From NCBI GenBank assembly GCA_030248215.1, contig JASANG010000424.1, positions 434,001 to 498,000 on the forward strand: a stretch of DNA of 64,000 bases. The letters are read 5' to 3'. Every line of letters begins with the position of its first letter. Within the stretch, counting starts at the first letter, position 1. The position numbers and the translations under genes were made by a program. The stretch comes from Enoplolaimus lenunculus (lineage: Eukaryota). Positions 1 through 12,250 of this stretch are shown here, one piece after another. Below the pieces are notes generated by a model that did no database searches, was not told the origin of the DNA, and saw only the letters and a list, made by a program, of their open reading frames with translations.

Positions 1-215
1 CCGCAGACCGCAGAAATTTATATTTGGGGAGCATCGAATAATTTAGTAGGCAACTACATTTGCAATTCATGATTTCGTACTTTCAGACCAGGTCTACTTG
101 GGAGGCACAAGCCAAATTTTGGAGGTACGGCCCCCTAGTGCCCCCCTGTGGAACGGCCTTGGTTTGACTTCAATTGAAAATTTTGAGAATGAGTTTTTCA
201 TGAGTCCAAACTTAC

Positions 216-1096
216 AATATCTTTGACCAATATTCGGTCAATGTTAGCATGCCGAAGCCGTGGATCTACCCAAGACTGTTCGAAATAAATATCAACGCCG
301 AAATCCTGAAACAACATTTGTAACGAAAATAATATATATTTATCGCAATAACCACAAATACGAGTCACCCAGTTTTGCACAAGTTAGCGAACCCACAACA
401 ATCTGTGAATGCAAATGTTCGTTTTACAGAACAATCACATTTCTGTTCTAAGAAGATATTGTAACCAAAGTAATGCTTAGACACTTAGCTAAAGTACGTA
501 AGTACGGTAGTCCAGCTTAACTTTAACCGTAAGAAGATAAGTTATATCATTTCTCAAACTGGGCCCATGTAAAGAAAAGGGCCGGATCGTTTTCCGGAGG
601 GGCTATAATAGAGTCAGTTTAAGCTTTTGACTGATTTTTTTGCTTAGGCTTAGGCTTAGGAATAGGCTCATCCATACGCCTAGGCTTAGGCTTAGGCTTA
701 GGCTTAGGAGTATGCTTATACTACTGTACCGGCTCTGTTCTGTACACGGGCCTTCAAACTGCATGGCAGTATTTCATTGACGGTAAAACGTTTGGCTGTG
801 AGTTCTTCTCTAAATTAATTCAATCAAATTTTGACCAAAACATAAACTTTGTTATAAATGCGTACGTTTTTTCGGTCTCTGATGCTAAAGTTGCACGACG
901 AAAAGTAAAACTTGACTTACCATAGTTTTCGCTTTGACTTGTGTCATACCTTCGACATAAATGCCAACCGTAACAACCGTTGTTTGAGCTGAAATATTAA
1001 TTTCTAAAATTGAACAAATTATCGCATAAAAATCTCAATTTACCAATCGATGTATGTGGAGCAATATTTTTAGCCTCAGGATAGAGACAAGAGACT
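216..1096 (-). CDS. Cys-loop ligand-gated ion channel subunit (GABA-A/glycine/GluCl-like anion channel superfamily), internal N-terminal extracellular exons; partial gene continuing beyond the left edge
   Basis: Exons 1044-1096 (VSCLYPEAKNIAPHTSI, less certain), 921-988 (QTTVVTVGIYVEGMTQVKAKTM) and 216-305 (DFGVDIYFEQSWVDPRLRHANIDRILVKDI) have AG/GT borders and compatible phases. The joined peptide matches the V-x-V-x-I-Y...M-D-F-x-V-D-I-Y-F-x-Q-x-W-x-D-P-R-L pattern of the Cys-loop ligand-binding domain. The 5' exons were not securely located. Confidence 0.85.
562..752 (+). mobile_element. GGCC-ended MITE carrying TTAGGC telomeric repeats (telomere-MITE family)
   Basis: Ends are GGCCCATGTAAAGA...TCTGTACACGGGCC with internal (TTAGGC)n. 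Related copies lie at about 2513-2665(-), 10229-10335(-), 19460-19810, 21565-21826, 21827-21964(-), 53225-53359, 54967-55212 and 59659-59830. Confidence 0.8.
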
Positions 1097-2804
1097 CTAA
1101 ATTAAGTTCAAAGACCGCTTTGTCTGGGAAACTTTAAGGAACTGTGTCTCTTTTATCTCTCCCTGTTCCCCTGTTTGGGACTCCTGGGAAAACGCTATTA
1201 CGCTATAAGGGACCCGAATAAGAGAGGCAAGGTAGATATCAATTTTAGCTCTTCAGAGGTCAACACCATTGCTATTTGGTTACGGACTATTATGGTTTTC
1301 AATCCCTTCCGTTATTTGGACCTCTGATCTGTGTCGATTTTAATGATTTAAAGTATATACGACTTAGAAACATACCTTTAATTTTTGAGTATACTGCGAT
1401 GAATAACGATATACATATATACTTTGTGTATTAGCCATACCCTGTAATTATTGATCTTTACTTAGTGTTACCCGAATAAGGGGGGTAATAAGATGGTAAT
1501 TTTGAGTCCCAATCAATAGGAGTCCGTTTCCCTAATAAGAGTCCGTAAGTTGTTTGAGTGCCTAAACACTAACTAGAGTCCATAAATATCAATTATCCCT
1601 CATTGTAGTGCATAAATGACTCCAGGACCAAATAAAGTTGAGTTCGAATCTTTAGAGTATTCTTAAGTTTTGAAAGTACATTCCTAAGTATTACCTTGCA
1701 TTATCGCTCAAGTTTTTAATACAAGACCAACGTTTAATGCAACGAATGGTTGCGATACCAGATATATCAGTCACGAAGGGCAATGGACGGCGGCGGTAAA
1801 AATAAATAACAGTCCGTAACCGAATAACAGGAGGGTATCCTCTCGAGAAGCCAGAATAAATACAAATCCCCATTCTTATTCTGGTCACTAAAGTGATATA
1901 ATTAGGGTGGGTGCCAATTATGAACTCAAATTAGAACTTATAGACTCTACCCAATATACAGTCTCTAATTAGGCAAATAGACTTTTATTGATTCAGACTA
2001 GCAACAGGAACCCCCGGACTGTTATATTACCGCCCTCTAGGATTCATGTGATTGCAGTACTCGGCATTAGAAAAAAGCTTTAATTTGGAAGACGCGGCGG
2101 CTTCAGACCCTGTATGGCACTATACAAAAACGCCAAACGGAGCCGGAATGTAGCCAATGACACCGGGCACCTCCAAAAACCAAGAAACCCGACTAAAAAT
2201 ATTACGCAGTCAATGTCTTGCACTCTGCCGATGTGAAGCTTTTTTCATACTTGTAATAATGCGCCATCTACGGATTTTTTTTCGCAATTAGTAAATCGAA
2301 GCTGATAAATCATTATCAATTTACTACTCGATTTAAGAAAATCGTTGGCAAAGGGAAATTGAAAAAGTTTTCAAATTCAATTTGCTTCTGCTACCCTTTT
2401 TCCAAACTCAAGTTGGAAAAAGGCGTTTTCGATTTCCACAAGCCGGGCGCAAATTAATGTGGATGACGCATTTTAACAAATGCCATGGCATTGCAACGCA
2501 TTTAACCATTGTGGCCAAAGTATAGAACAGAGTCATACCAGTAGTATAAGCATATTTCTAACCAGAAGCATAGTCGTAAGAATGAGCTTATAAATTAACG
2601 TAGGCTTAAGCTTACTCGATTGCAGTCCCGCAGAAAAACGTTCCGCCCGTGATCTTTACATGGGCAACTATCGCTAATGATTTTTAGCATTTTTTAAAGC
2701 TTACAAAACTCTTGATACGGTGTCGCATGACGATCATATCGCTCTGGATCACTCAATATATCAATTACGTCGGCAGGTACAGCAGTCCTAAAATACACAT
2801 TTTA

Positions 2805-2990
2805 GTAATTTTAATTTAAAAATTAAAGTTTTTGTTCTAATTGTTTTGAGAAGTTCAAAAATTGTCTTTAAATTTCAAATTATATTTACCAAAATTTTGA
2901 CTAATTTTAATTTAAAAATTAAAGTTTTTGTTCTAATTGTTTTAAGAAGTTCAAAAATTGTCTTTAAATTTCAAATGATATTTATCAAAA
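2805..2990. repeat. Direct tandem duplication, unit of about 98 bp
   Basis: TAATTTTAATTTAAAAATTAAAGTTTTTGTTC...CAAAA occurs twice in succession. Confidence 0.85.
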
Positions 2991-3405
2991 TAGTTTAAAT
3001 AAAATTTTTGCCTTAAAATTTGGATAAACCTGATGATTGACTACTTTAGGCCGCCGTTAATGCTTAGGCATCAAAAGGTAACTTAACAATATAACATAAA
3101 ATTTCTTGACCTGATCACATTTTGACTGCGTATACGTTTTTGGCGCAATTTTAAGAGACATGCTTGTCCTGGTGCATATGCACTGTATGCAATGAACATT
3201 GTGTTGTATGATACCCGACAGCATAGTCGATAATATAAGCTGACGGTCGACATACAGTCGATGATAGAAGCAGTTGGAGAAGCGGGAGCGTGGCGCAGTG
3301 GTAGAGTGCCTGCCTCAGAATCACAAGGCTGCTAGATCGGTCCCTGCTCTGTAGGCCTGCTTTTCTAACTGCTTTAGTTGAGTAAGTCTAAAGTTCCGAT
3401 GCCTA

Positions 3406-3619
3406 CACTGCAAAAAATAGTGAGTCAAATCGACTCTCTCCGAAATAGGCTCCTACGAGACTACACAAATTGAGCCAAATTTAACTCGGCCAGAGTCAAA
3501 CGTGCGACTCAGTGAGTCGAATTTGAGTCTCTGGTGGAGTCAAGTTTGACTCAATTTGTGTAGTCCCGTGGAGCCTATTTCGGAGGGAGTCAGTTTGACT
3601 CACAATTTTTTTTGCAGTG
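3406..3619. mobile_element. CACTG-ended palindromic MITE family A (about 200 bp; GAGTCAA/TTGACTC sub-repeats; CACTA/CMC-like termini)
   Basis: TA|CACTGCAAAAAA...TTTTTTGCAGTG|TA, nearly a full fold-back. Copies lie at about 4339-4557, 8729-8928, 17355-17477, 17687-17913, 22521-22708, 52063-52270, 54010-54203, 59270-59464 and 63980-end. Confidence 0.85.
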
Positions 3620-3696
3620 TACTTAGACTGATATGCATTAAGTACGTACCGGACAGCGTGAACAGCGGATAAATTGAGCAATTGAATAATGTACAC

Positions 3697-3996
3697 AATC
3701 AACCGTGAAGAACCACCGAACGCCAAACGGGGCGTAACCGCTTCGGTATTGGTTGACATTTTGAATTTCAAATATTTACCAAATTCCAAAATTTTGTGTA
3801 CCTGAATTAAGTAAAGTTTGATTTTTGTTTTATTTTATTGGTTAATAATCAACCGTGACGAACCACCGAACGCCAAACGGGCGTAACCGCTTCGGGATTG
3901 GTTGACATTTTGAATTTCAAATTTGTACCAAATTCCAACATTTTGTGTGTACCTGAATTAAGTAAAGTTTGATTTTTGTTTTATTTTATTGGTTAA
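3697..3996. repeat. Direct tandem duplication, unit of about 150 bp
   Basis: AATCAACCGTGA(A/C)GAACCACCGAACGCCAAACGGG...TTATTGGTTAAT occurs twice. Confidence 0.9.
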
Positions 3997-4467
3997 TTTT
4001 ACAATATAATTATTGTATTTTCAATAAAAATATATTAATTTGAAATATAAATGCATTAAAAAATGGGAATGTTAACTTGATATACTGTTTTTCTGCAATG
4101 AGCAACTCTGGTCTTGTAAGTTTTAAATATTTTCCGAGACAATTTTATACTAAAAAAACTTTAAAACAGGAAACGGTTAGGATTTGTTCAATTTTTCAGC
4201 TGTCTTGACATAAAATACGCGATCAGTGATAAGTTTCAAAGTTGAAATGTTTATTTTTTGTAATTCATGCTATAATATTGACGCGGTTAGCGTTTCATTA
4301 GCATTTATGGTGTGACAACACATATTTAACGTACTCTACGGCAAAAAATAGTGAGTCAAATTGACTCTCTTCGAAATAGGCTTTTCCCAACTACACAAAC
4401 TGAGTCATAATTCGGCTCCGCAAGAGTCAAATTTGACTCAATGAATCGCTCAGTGAGTCGAATTTGA

Positions 4468-5066
4468 CTCTGGCGGAGTCGAATTTGACTCAGTTTATGT
4501 AGTCCGGAAAGGCCTATTTTTTGAGAGAGTCAATTTGACTCACCATTTTTTGCAGTGTAGGTTTGTGCGGTCGGTTGATATTAAAAATTCTTGAAAGTTT
4601 AAGTTCGAGTACACGCCCTACTCTGTCGGAGTCGCATTTGACTCAGTTTATCTAGTCCGGAAAAGCCTATTTCGGAGAGAGTCAATTTGACTGTCCATTT
4701 TTTTGCAGTGTAGGTTTGTGCGGTCGTTTGATTTTAAAAATTGTTGGAAGTTTAAGTTCGAGTACACGCCCTACTCTGGCGGAGTCGAATTTGACTCAGT
4801 TTAGATCAGAAAAGCCTATTTCGGAGAGAGTCAATTTGACTGTCCATTTTTTGCAGTGTAGGTTTGTGCGGTCGTTTGATATTAAAAATTGTTGGAAGTT
4901 TAAGTTCGAGTACACGCCCTACTTTGGCGGAGTCGAATTTGACTCAGTTTAGTTCAGAAAAGCCTATTTCGGAGAGAGTCAATTTGACTCACCATTTTTT
5001 GCAGTGTAGGTTTGTGCGGTCGGTTGATATTAAAAATGCTTGGAAGTTGAAGTTCGAGTTCACGCC
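4468..5066. repeat. Tandem array of four units of about 148-155 bp, each half of a family-A MITE plus flanking DNA
   Basis: CTCTGGCGGAGTCGAATTTGACTCAG...TTGCAGTGTAGGTTTGTGCGGTC...GAGTACACGCCCTA repeats four times. ORFs 4716 and 4864 are the same sequence 148 nt apart. Confidence 0.9.
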
Positions 5067-7894
5067 ATCACAGGATGCAATCGGAGTAGAAAAATGTGGA
5101 GCCGGAACCGGAACCGGCGCACAAAGTTTGTCGGAGTCAGAGATGAGGCGAAATATATTTGTTAAAATGATGTTACATTTGTCAATTATCTGTAAGGTGT
5201 TCCTATATCTTTTGGTGTTAAGCATATATGCTGGAGGTCGGTGTTCCGCCACAGCCGGAGGTAAACATTCGGTTGTTCACTACACCCTACTCAATCAGTC
5301 AAAGAGCGATTTGGGTAGTTCTCCGTTCATCCCGATGTGCCCCTTGTTATCAAATGACTTCGGCTTGCCACTGAAGCGGTGTCAGACCCAGGTGAGAGGG
5401 TTGCAACCACTTAGCACGGTCATAAGCTGAAAATTTTTCGGCAAAAATTGTTCATCTAAAACTCACAATGTGCAATCTAAACCAGCTAAAAATACGGCAA
5501 AATTTTAAAACACAAAAAATATACTCGTCAGCTATCATTTCAGGGTTCTCTTGGTGGTCGCGTCGCCGACTTTGTCCAAAATCTCACGCGTTTCAGAAAC
5601 TCCCGCATGTCTGAGCTTCTCAAGACGTTCGCCGAACGGATCCAAATCATTAATTGCGGCTCATTCACCGGTATTTCGATTGTGAAAATCCTAGATTATT
5701 CAACTGAACCGCCACATTGAATAGTACATCCATTTTGAGAAGTTTCAAGACCAATTTTAAGGCTCCATTGAGACACTTTAGAGCATCCTAAGCCAAAATT
5801 TGCAAAAATTTAAATTTGAGCATGGAACGATCAGGGAACGTCCTGAGAAGCTCAAATATGCAAAAAAATTTCACAATCAACTATTTTTTGCCGCAAACCG
5901 GCCCGAAGAACAAAATTGAAAAGACAACCAATTAAAATCCACCATTGCAATGAAATATCAGATGTCACACCGCAAAGCATAAATGCTCTAGACGCATTAG
6001 AAATTCAGCTAATTTGAGCCGCGTCTAAGCCAAAGACACGGCGAGACCCTTTAGGGACAAAGTGTCTTTGGTTTTAAAATTTTTTCGTTAAACCAAAATT
6101 GAATTAGTATATTTTTTTCATATTTAAACATAAGCATGGACACGGTAAAAATCAACAACTCATGACAATAGAATGAATGTCATTCGAACAGAAAGAAAAT
6201 TATATTAAATTATTACAGAATCAGGCGTTTTTTTACGTTTGACTTATACACATCGGCAGGCTCAAAAAACAATTTCAGATATGAAACTTTTGCTAGCAAA
6301 GGCTAAACGAATAGTAAAAATATCGGAAACGAATAGAGATGAAAGTAACAGAAACGAAAACAGAAAACGGATATTGAAGTATAAATGTTTTACAAATGTT
6401 TTATTTTCCTGCCAACACGACTGATATGCATCAAAATTTTGGAAGATTTTGGACGTATCTCAATATTTTTATTTCGTTGCAAACAATTGCAGCATATCTG
6501 CGACGAAAAATTGCGAGATATATACGTGATTTATAACTAATTTTGAACTTAAAATTAACAGAATTTCCGCTATTTCTATTACGGAAACCGAAACGGGCAC
6601 CGATTATTACCGGAAACGGAAACTGAAACGGATATCCGGCTAAAAGCATTTTAATGAAAGTTAACGCAATGCGAAAAATTCTCTTAAATTTCAGAAAATA
6701 CTGCAAGTTTTTATATTTCTGTTACTTTTAAAACTAAAGTTCAGAAATTTACTGAAAAGTATTTTCTGAAATTTAAAACAGTATTTCTGAAAATAAAATT
6801 AAAGGTTACTATTACACAGAACAGAATGTCTTTGTATATATATGTGTGTGTATGTATGTATGTATTAAGAGAACCACTTAAGAGTACGACATTTTGTGCG
6901 TAGCCCTTCAGGAAATAAATCCTGTTGCCCGTTTAGTGATGCAGATACTAAACTACTGTAGTGACCTGAACAACACGATGGGGACAGTTGATGAACTCAA
7001 GTTTATCAACTGAGTAAAATCGAATCATTTGCAAAAAAATGCTGAATTTTGATGCTCAGCATTCGCTGGTTACAAATTTGCAAGACCGATAACCAACTGA
7101 TGATAAGTGCTACACACATTTGAGATAACGGACCTAGAAAATTACACTCATTCGCATGAAAGCTTAAAGTACAAGTTTTCATTGGGATTACTAAACGAGT
7201 CAAAACAACGTAAAGCTAAATCAATCTTGCTAGGAATGAAAAATTTCATGACCAAATTATATTCTCACGAAATATTAACTGCAGTTTATTTTCAACAACT
7301 TTGTCAAAATAAAAGCCGATTAGCTTCGGCTCATTCGTTTCATGAGACCTACAGTCTCGTACCCTTAGGCTATTCATGAGTTCAAAATTACGCTTATAAA
7401 TCCGTTTTGATTTTATGAAACAATACTGAATAAGCTTCAAAGCGTGGATATTAATGCTTGTCATGACTAAAATACGATTAGTTAAGTATAGGCAAAATGT
7501 CGCATGACACGTTCGACACAACCGGATGTTTATGTGTGGGCTTACCTTGCAAAATTAATTTTCACATTGCTTACTGGTATATTTTCGCCTAAGCTAAACA
7601 AAATTTTCATGCAAAATTGGCAACACTTCAGGCGGTATTCTCAAATGTGTGTAGCACCTTTCGATAGTCATGTGACTCGCAGTACCAGTCTGTGGTTATG
7701 GCCAATAAATGGTTTCATAAACCTTAGAAGACTGGTTCAATAACACTGTTACAATTGGAACGCTAATAGCACTGACGGACAATTTTACTCTGACTGAGGG
7801 ACATCCGGTTGTCTCTCGGGACTCGGGACATCCAATGCTCTTGCAGGATCGAACGGGGGACATCCAGGACGGTTTCGAACGTATGTTTTGCTGC

Positions 7895-8092
7895 GTCGGT
7901 CGAAACAGTTTGGAGCCTATTTTTTGCTGGTTGGGTTGTAATCCAAAGCTTAAGCTTAAGCCTAAGCCGATAAAGCCTAAACATAAGCATGTGACCGAGA
8001 CTAAGACTAAGCCTGAATTCTAAGCCTAAGCCTACAAACCTGAACCTAAAGCCTAGGCCTATCTGAAAACTGTCTCTGTTGCTTCGACCGAC
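7895..8092. mobile_element. Separate TIR element with degenerate GCCTAA repeats
   Basis: A GTCGGTCGAA...TTCGACCGAC inverted repeat flanks degenerate telomeric hexamers. Confidence 0.55.
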
Positions 8093-8977
8093 AATATGAA
8101 GAAAACACGGTTATAAGCTCAAAATATGCACGATATAAGCTTTTACACCAGCATAGAACACTACCATTTATTGACAAGAATCGAAATTCAAATATATACA
8201 AAATTGGTAAATATAGTTTAAAATCGCAGAAGTGCGCTTGTGGCAAACGCAAATTAAATTAATTTTTCTACGTTCGAACACGTGATGCTGCGTACACACT
8301 TACGTACATATATTATTGAGGATACTGGACTTACTAAAACCCAGTCAAAGGGGATTAAGAAGGATTTACCCCTGTCGATAAATACGGAAAAGTGTATTCC
8401 TGTAAATAACTCAACTTTGGCAAATTTGATTCACACGGAATGTATATGAACTTTATGTATAATTGGCTTGGAACTCCGTAAATCAAAATAATACCAGTAG
8501 TTATGGTTAACGGCAAGTTCCTGTACCTGTATTTATCGAACCATTTGTCCTTAGACAGATCTTAAAGCGTTTGTAGGAATGCAAAATGTATTTGAAAAAG
8601 GAAGTTTTAAAATTATCAGGCAATCTATCGAATTCCCTTCTGTCCGTGCCGTAATCAATTTTGAGGTGATTTCAATAGTAGTAAAGTGGTAAATTATTAA
8701 TTATTGCCCATGGGGTTCGCGAAGCCTACACTGCAAAAACTGGTGAGTTAAATTGACTCTCTCCGAAATAGGCTTTTCCTGACTACACAAATTGAGTCAA
8801 AATTCTACTCCGCCGCTGTCGAATTCTACTCAATTTGACTCTGGCGGAGTCAAATTTTGACTCAATTTGTGTAGTCAGGAAAAGTCTATTTCGGAAAGAG
8901 TCAATTTGACTCACCATTTTTTGCAGTTTAGAGCTATGATATACCAACAGTTAAGTCGTGTCAAACTTTGAAGTCTT

Positions 8978-9199
8978 GGTCCGTATTCTTTAATGTGTGT
9001 TGCACCTATCATCAGTTGATGGTAGGTCTTGTAACTTGCCAACCAGCGAATGCTGATGTCAAAAGTTCAGCACATTTTTAGCATATGATTTGCTCTTAAT
9101 GCTGTTACCAATTTTGAATTCAACAACTGCAATAGGTAGGATGTTCGAAAACCTATTAAAAACTGCTGATAGTTGCTATATGCATTTGAGAATATGGGC
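8978..9199. mobile_element. MITE family with CCGTATTCTCAAATGTGTGTAGCAC-type TIRs
   Basis: Inverted ends CCGTATTCT.../...GAGAATATGGGC. Related pieces lie at about 7030-7132, 7632-7670, 18028-18248 and 62251-62304. Confidence 0.65.
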
Positions 9200-9290
9200 T
9201 TATGATAGTTCTCATATAATTTCATTCATAGTCTTACCTATTATTCCGAATTAAATTTTGTTCTCCGTCAAAGGCTTCCTCTGGTCTTTT

Positions 9291-9294
<4 letters not shown>

Positions 9295-9346
<52 letters not shown>
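9295..9346. repeat. (TA)n microsatellite
   Basis: Read directly from the sequence. Confidence 0.95.
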
Positions 9347-9350
<4 letters not shown>

Positions 9351-10499
9351 CAAACGTATCTCTAAGATTATGAATAAGTTTATGACGATACCGTCAAATA
9401 TAAGAGTTGTAATTATATAATCATTACGTGAAATTTGAGTCTTATTTGCTCAGTTTAGCTTGAAATCGCAAGACGATGAACAAAATAGTTTAAAATTTGC
9501 GAAAAATATCCTTGTTTCAGTCCGGCCAATAGATGTAAAGGTGCGAGAGGTAGCAAATTGAAATTTAGCTGAACGTCGTTTCTGATGAATTTAAGAGTGT
9601 AAAAATCATTTCAGACAAAATTTTTCTCACAGAGTCGTCAATGCGGTTTCCCTTCCAATTCAATGGCCTGGATGTTTTTGTATCCACGTCAACTTTTGAT
9701 GTTTTAACTAAAATTCAAATAATTGCGCAAAAAAGTAATATTCTTTACAATAGCCGACTATTTTTTCGTGAAACTGCTATGGAGTATTAGCTTTAAGCTA
9801 TAGACAATTTTTTTTGCTTAGGCTTTGACTTTAGAAAGATCACTACAATTTTCTTAAATTAGGTCTGTCACAACTCAGAATTGTGAATTGGTTGAACTCA
9901 TTCTGAGTTAATTAATTAAGTTAACCAGAATTAAATCAGCTCTCAATGAGTTACTATTTATTGTTACTCAGAAATAACCAGAAATAAGTAATTTTCTCCC
10001 TGAGTTGATGAATCAACACAGAATTTACAGTGTACACGAAACACACCAACTGGCTCGAGCGTTAAGTTACTATAGTTGAGTGGTGAAGAGTAAACGTAGA
10101 TGTTAGATGAAACAGAAAATATTCATGTGAGAAAGGGTTAATTGATAGCAACGTGGAAACTTCTCAATTTGTACCGTAACGGCTAAAACCATGTGCGTCG
10201 TTTTATGTATTTGGTCTTCAAAATTTGGGCCAATGTAAAGAACATCGGCAGAACAGTATTATAAGCATAATTCTAAAGCCTTACACTTTTCCAGTCCCAC
10301 AGAAAAACGTTCCGCCCCTGATGTTTAAATGGGCCAAAATTTGAATACAATTTAAATTTTATTAATGTAAAAAAAGTGCAACAGAAACATATTTATTTTC
10401 TCGTAGCCGGCTCAACAAGCCAGGGTGACAAAACAATTTTAGAAGGGGCGTGCAGTTGATTAGACTGACACTTGTAGTCGGCAAAAAAATTCTTGACGG

Positions 10500-10567
10500 G
10501 CCTAAGCCTAAGCCTAAGCCTAAGCCTAAGCCTAAGCCTAAGCCTAAGCCTAAGCCTAAGCCTAAGC
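10500..10567 (-). repeat. Interstitial telomeric array, 11 perfect TTAGGC units on the minus strand
   Basis: (GCCTAA)11 read directly from the sequence. Confidence 0.95.
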
Positions 10568-11478
10568 GGCAACGAGTTGAGCATATATGCCGTGCCCAAA
10601 TCACAAAATTGTTCAAGTTTAGTTGCAAACTGCACTGTGGCAACCCCGAATACCAATTGCTGTACGGGCTACAGCCAGATCAACCAATCATAAGCACGCT
10701 ATATCTGATTGGACGATGTAGAAGTAAACCAGGTTTTTGCTAGGTTTTTGCTGCAATTCTATTTGTTGAATGAACAGTTTTGTCTAAGTAGTTTGGGCGA
10801 TATTGAATAACAATTTAAGTTTCGGACGACCCAGTTACCAATTGGGAATAAGTTGCTTTTCAGGACTCGATATATACGCGACATAATAGAATCGCCAAGC
10901 GTTGACCCGCATTGCTTAGCTAATCAAGTAAAACCCATCCGTCACCAATGTACAAAAACTATAAGGGTTGCGCTATGCTCGCCGCGTGCCACCTGACGCC
11001 ACCAAATACATTATGCCTATGTTTTTTATTAGCAACGCATAGCGGCATGCAGCGGCGTCTGACACAATAAAGTATAGCGCAACCTTTATTGTCTCAAATT
11101 GTACACAATGTTTTAAGTTGATTCTTGTCAAGTCGCAAAGTCATATCTGCACTGTAAATTCCAATGAGTTAATTAATCAACTGAAACGCAAAGCTAATTT
11201 GTGGGTTAATAATAGTAAACGTTAACCCACTCTGAGTTGAGTTGATTGTCACTTCGAGTTCAGTTGACTCCGAGAACGTTGATGAATTAAATCAGAATAA
11301 GTTGCGTCAACCCAGAATTGTGAGTTCTGATGGTCCTAACTCAGACTGAGTGATTCAACTCGTTCTCGGTTAAAATCAACTCACTGGAATTTGCAGTGTG
11401 TAAATTGATCGTTCAACCCTGTTTTCAATCTTACTCCATCGTTTCCAATTTCATAGTGGTTCCATCTAATGATTAACA

Positions 11479-12197
11479 CTAATATCCTGGGGCCAAACGA
11501 GCAACAGGGCAATGCTGACAACTGCCAGGCGGACCAGGTTCTCCGCGATCGCCCTGTTTACCCTGTGAGCCATTTCGACCTGCAGAGCCGTCTTTGCCAG
11601 GGACTCCTGGCTCACCAGGCTCTCCTGTTTTCCCCTCCTCAGCCGATTTACCAGGAGTGCCAGATTTGCCAATATTGCCCGGTGGACCTGGATGACCGCG
11701 ACCGCCAGGCCGCCCCGGCTGAGGAATGATGATCCCTGGTTTGCCAGCTGGTCCTTTAGGGCCCTCGCGACCAGGCTGTCCGGGTGGTCCTTTTGAGCCT
11801 TGCTTGCCTTCGTCTCCTGGAAGACCGTCACGGCCTCGCTCGCCGTCCGAGCCTGCAGGACCTTGAGAACCACGAGAGCCAGGCGGCCCTGGTTCTCCCG
11901 TATCGGACTCGCAAGGACATTGAGGCGCAAATATTTCAGGAGGTATAACTGCGTCTGCTGGCCGACCGGCCTTTCCGTGACGGCCTGGCTCACCGGCCTT
12001 TCCGCCGCGGCCTGGTCTGCCTGCGGGACCAGTTGGACCTGGTGCGCCACGGTGACAGGTGCAGCCTAAAATATAAGTTAGTTTCGAAATCACCATAGGA
12101 AATAGCGCCCGTTAATGACGCATTTGTTAGCAGTCGCACTGCGGCAGGCTTTTAAATTGATTACCAAGAATAAAACTTTCCAGTGTTTCTAGTAACA

Positions 12198-12250
<53 letters not shown>

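Noticed and set aside
4716..5060. Duplicated ORFs MCGRLILKIVG...
   Set aside because: They are translations of the MITE-derived tandem repeat.
10362..10743. ORFs with LGLG/PKPK/RLRL/SLSL runs (also 7763-8023, 21692-21950, 55043-55326)
   Set aside because: They are translations of the telomeric hexamer.
11466..12069. Long overlapping ORFs in other frames and strands of both collagen genes
   Set aside because: These are shadow ORFs of GC-rich Gly-X-Y codons.
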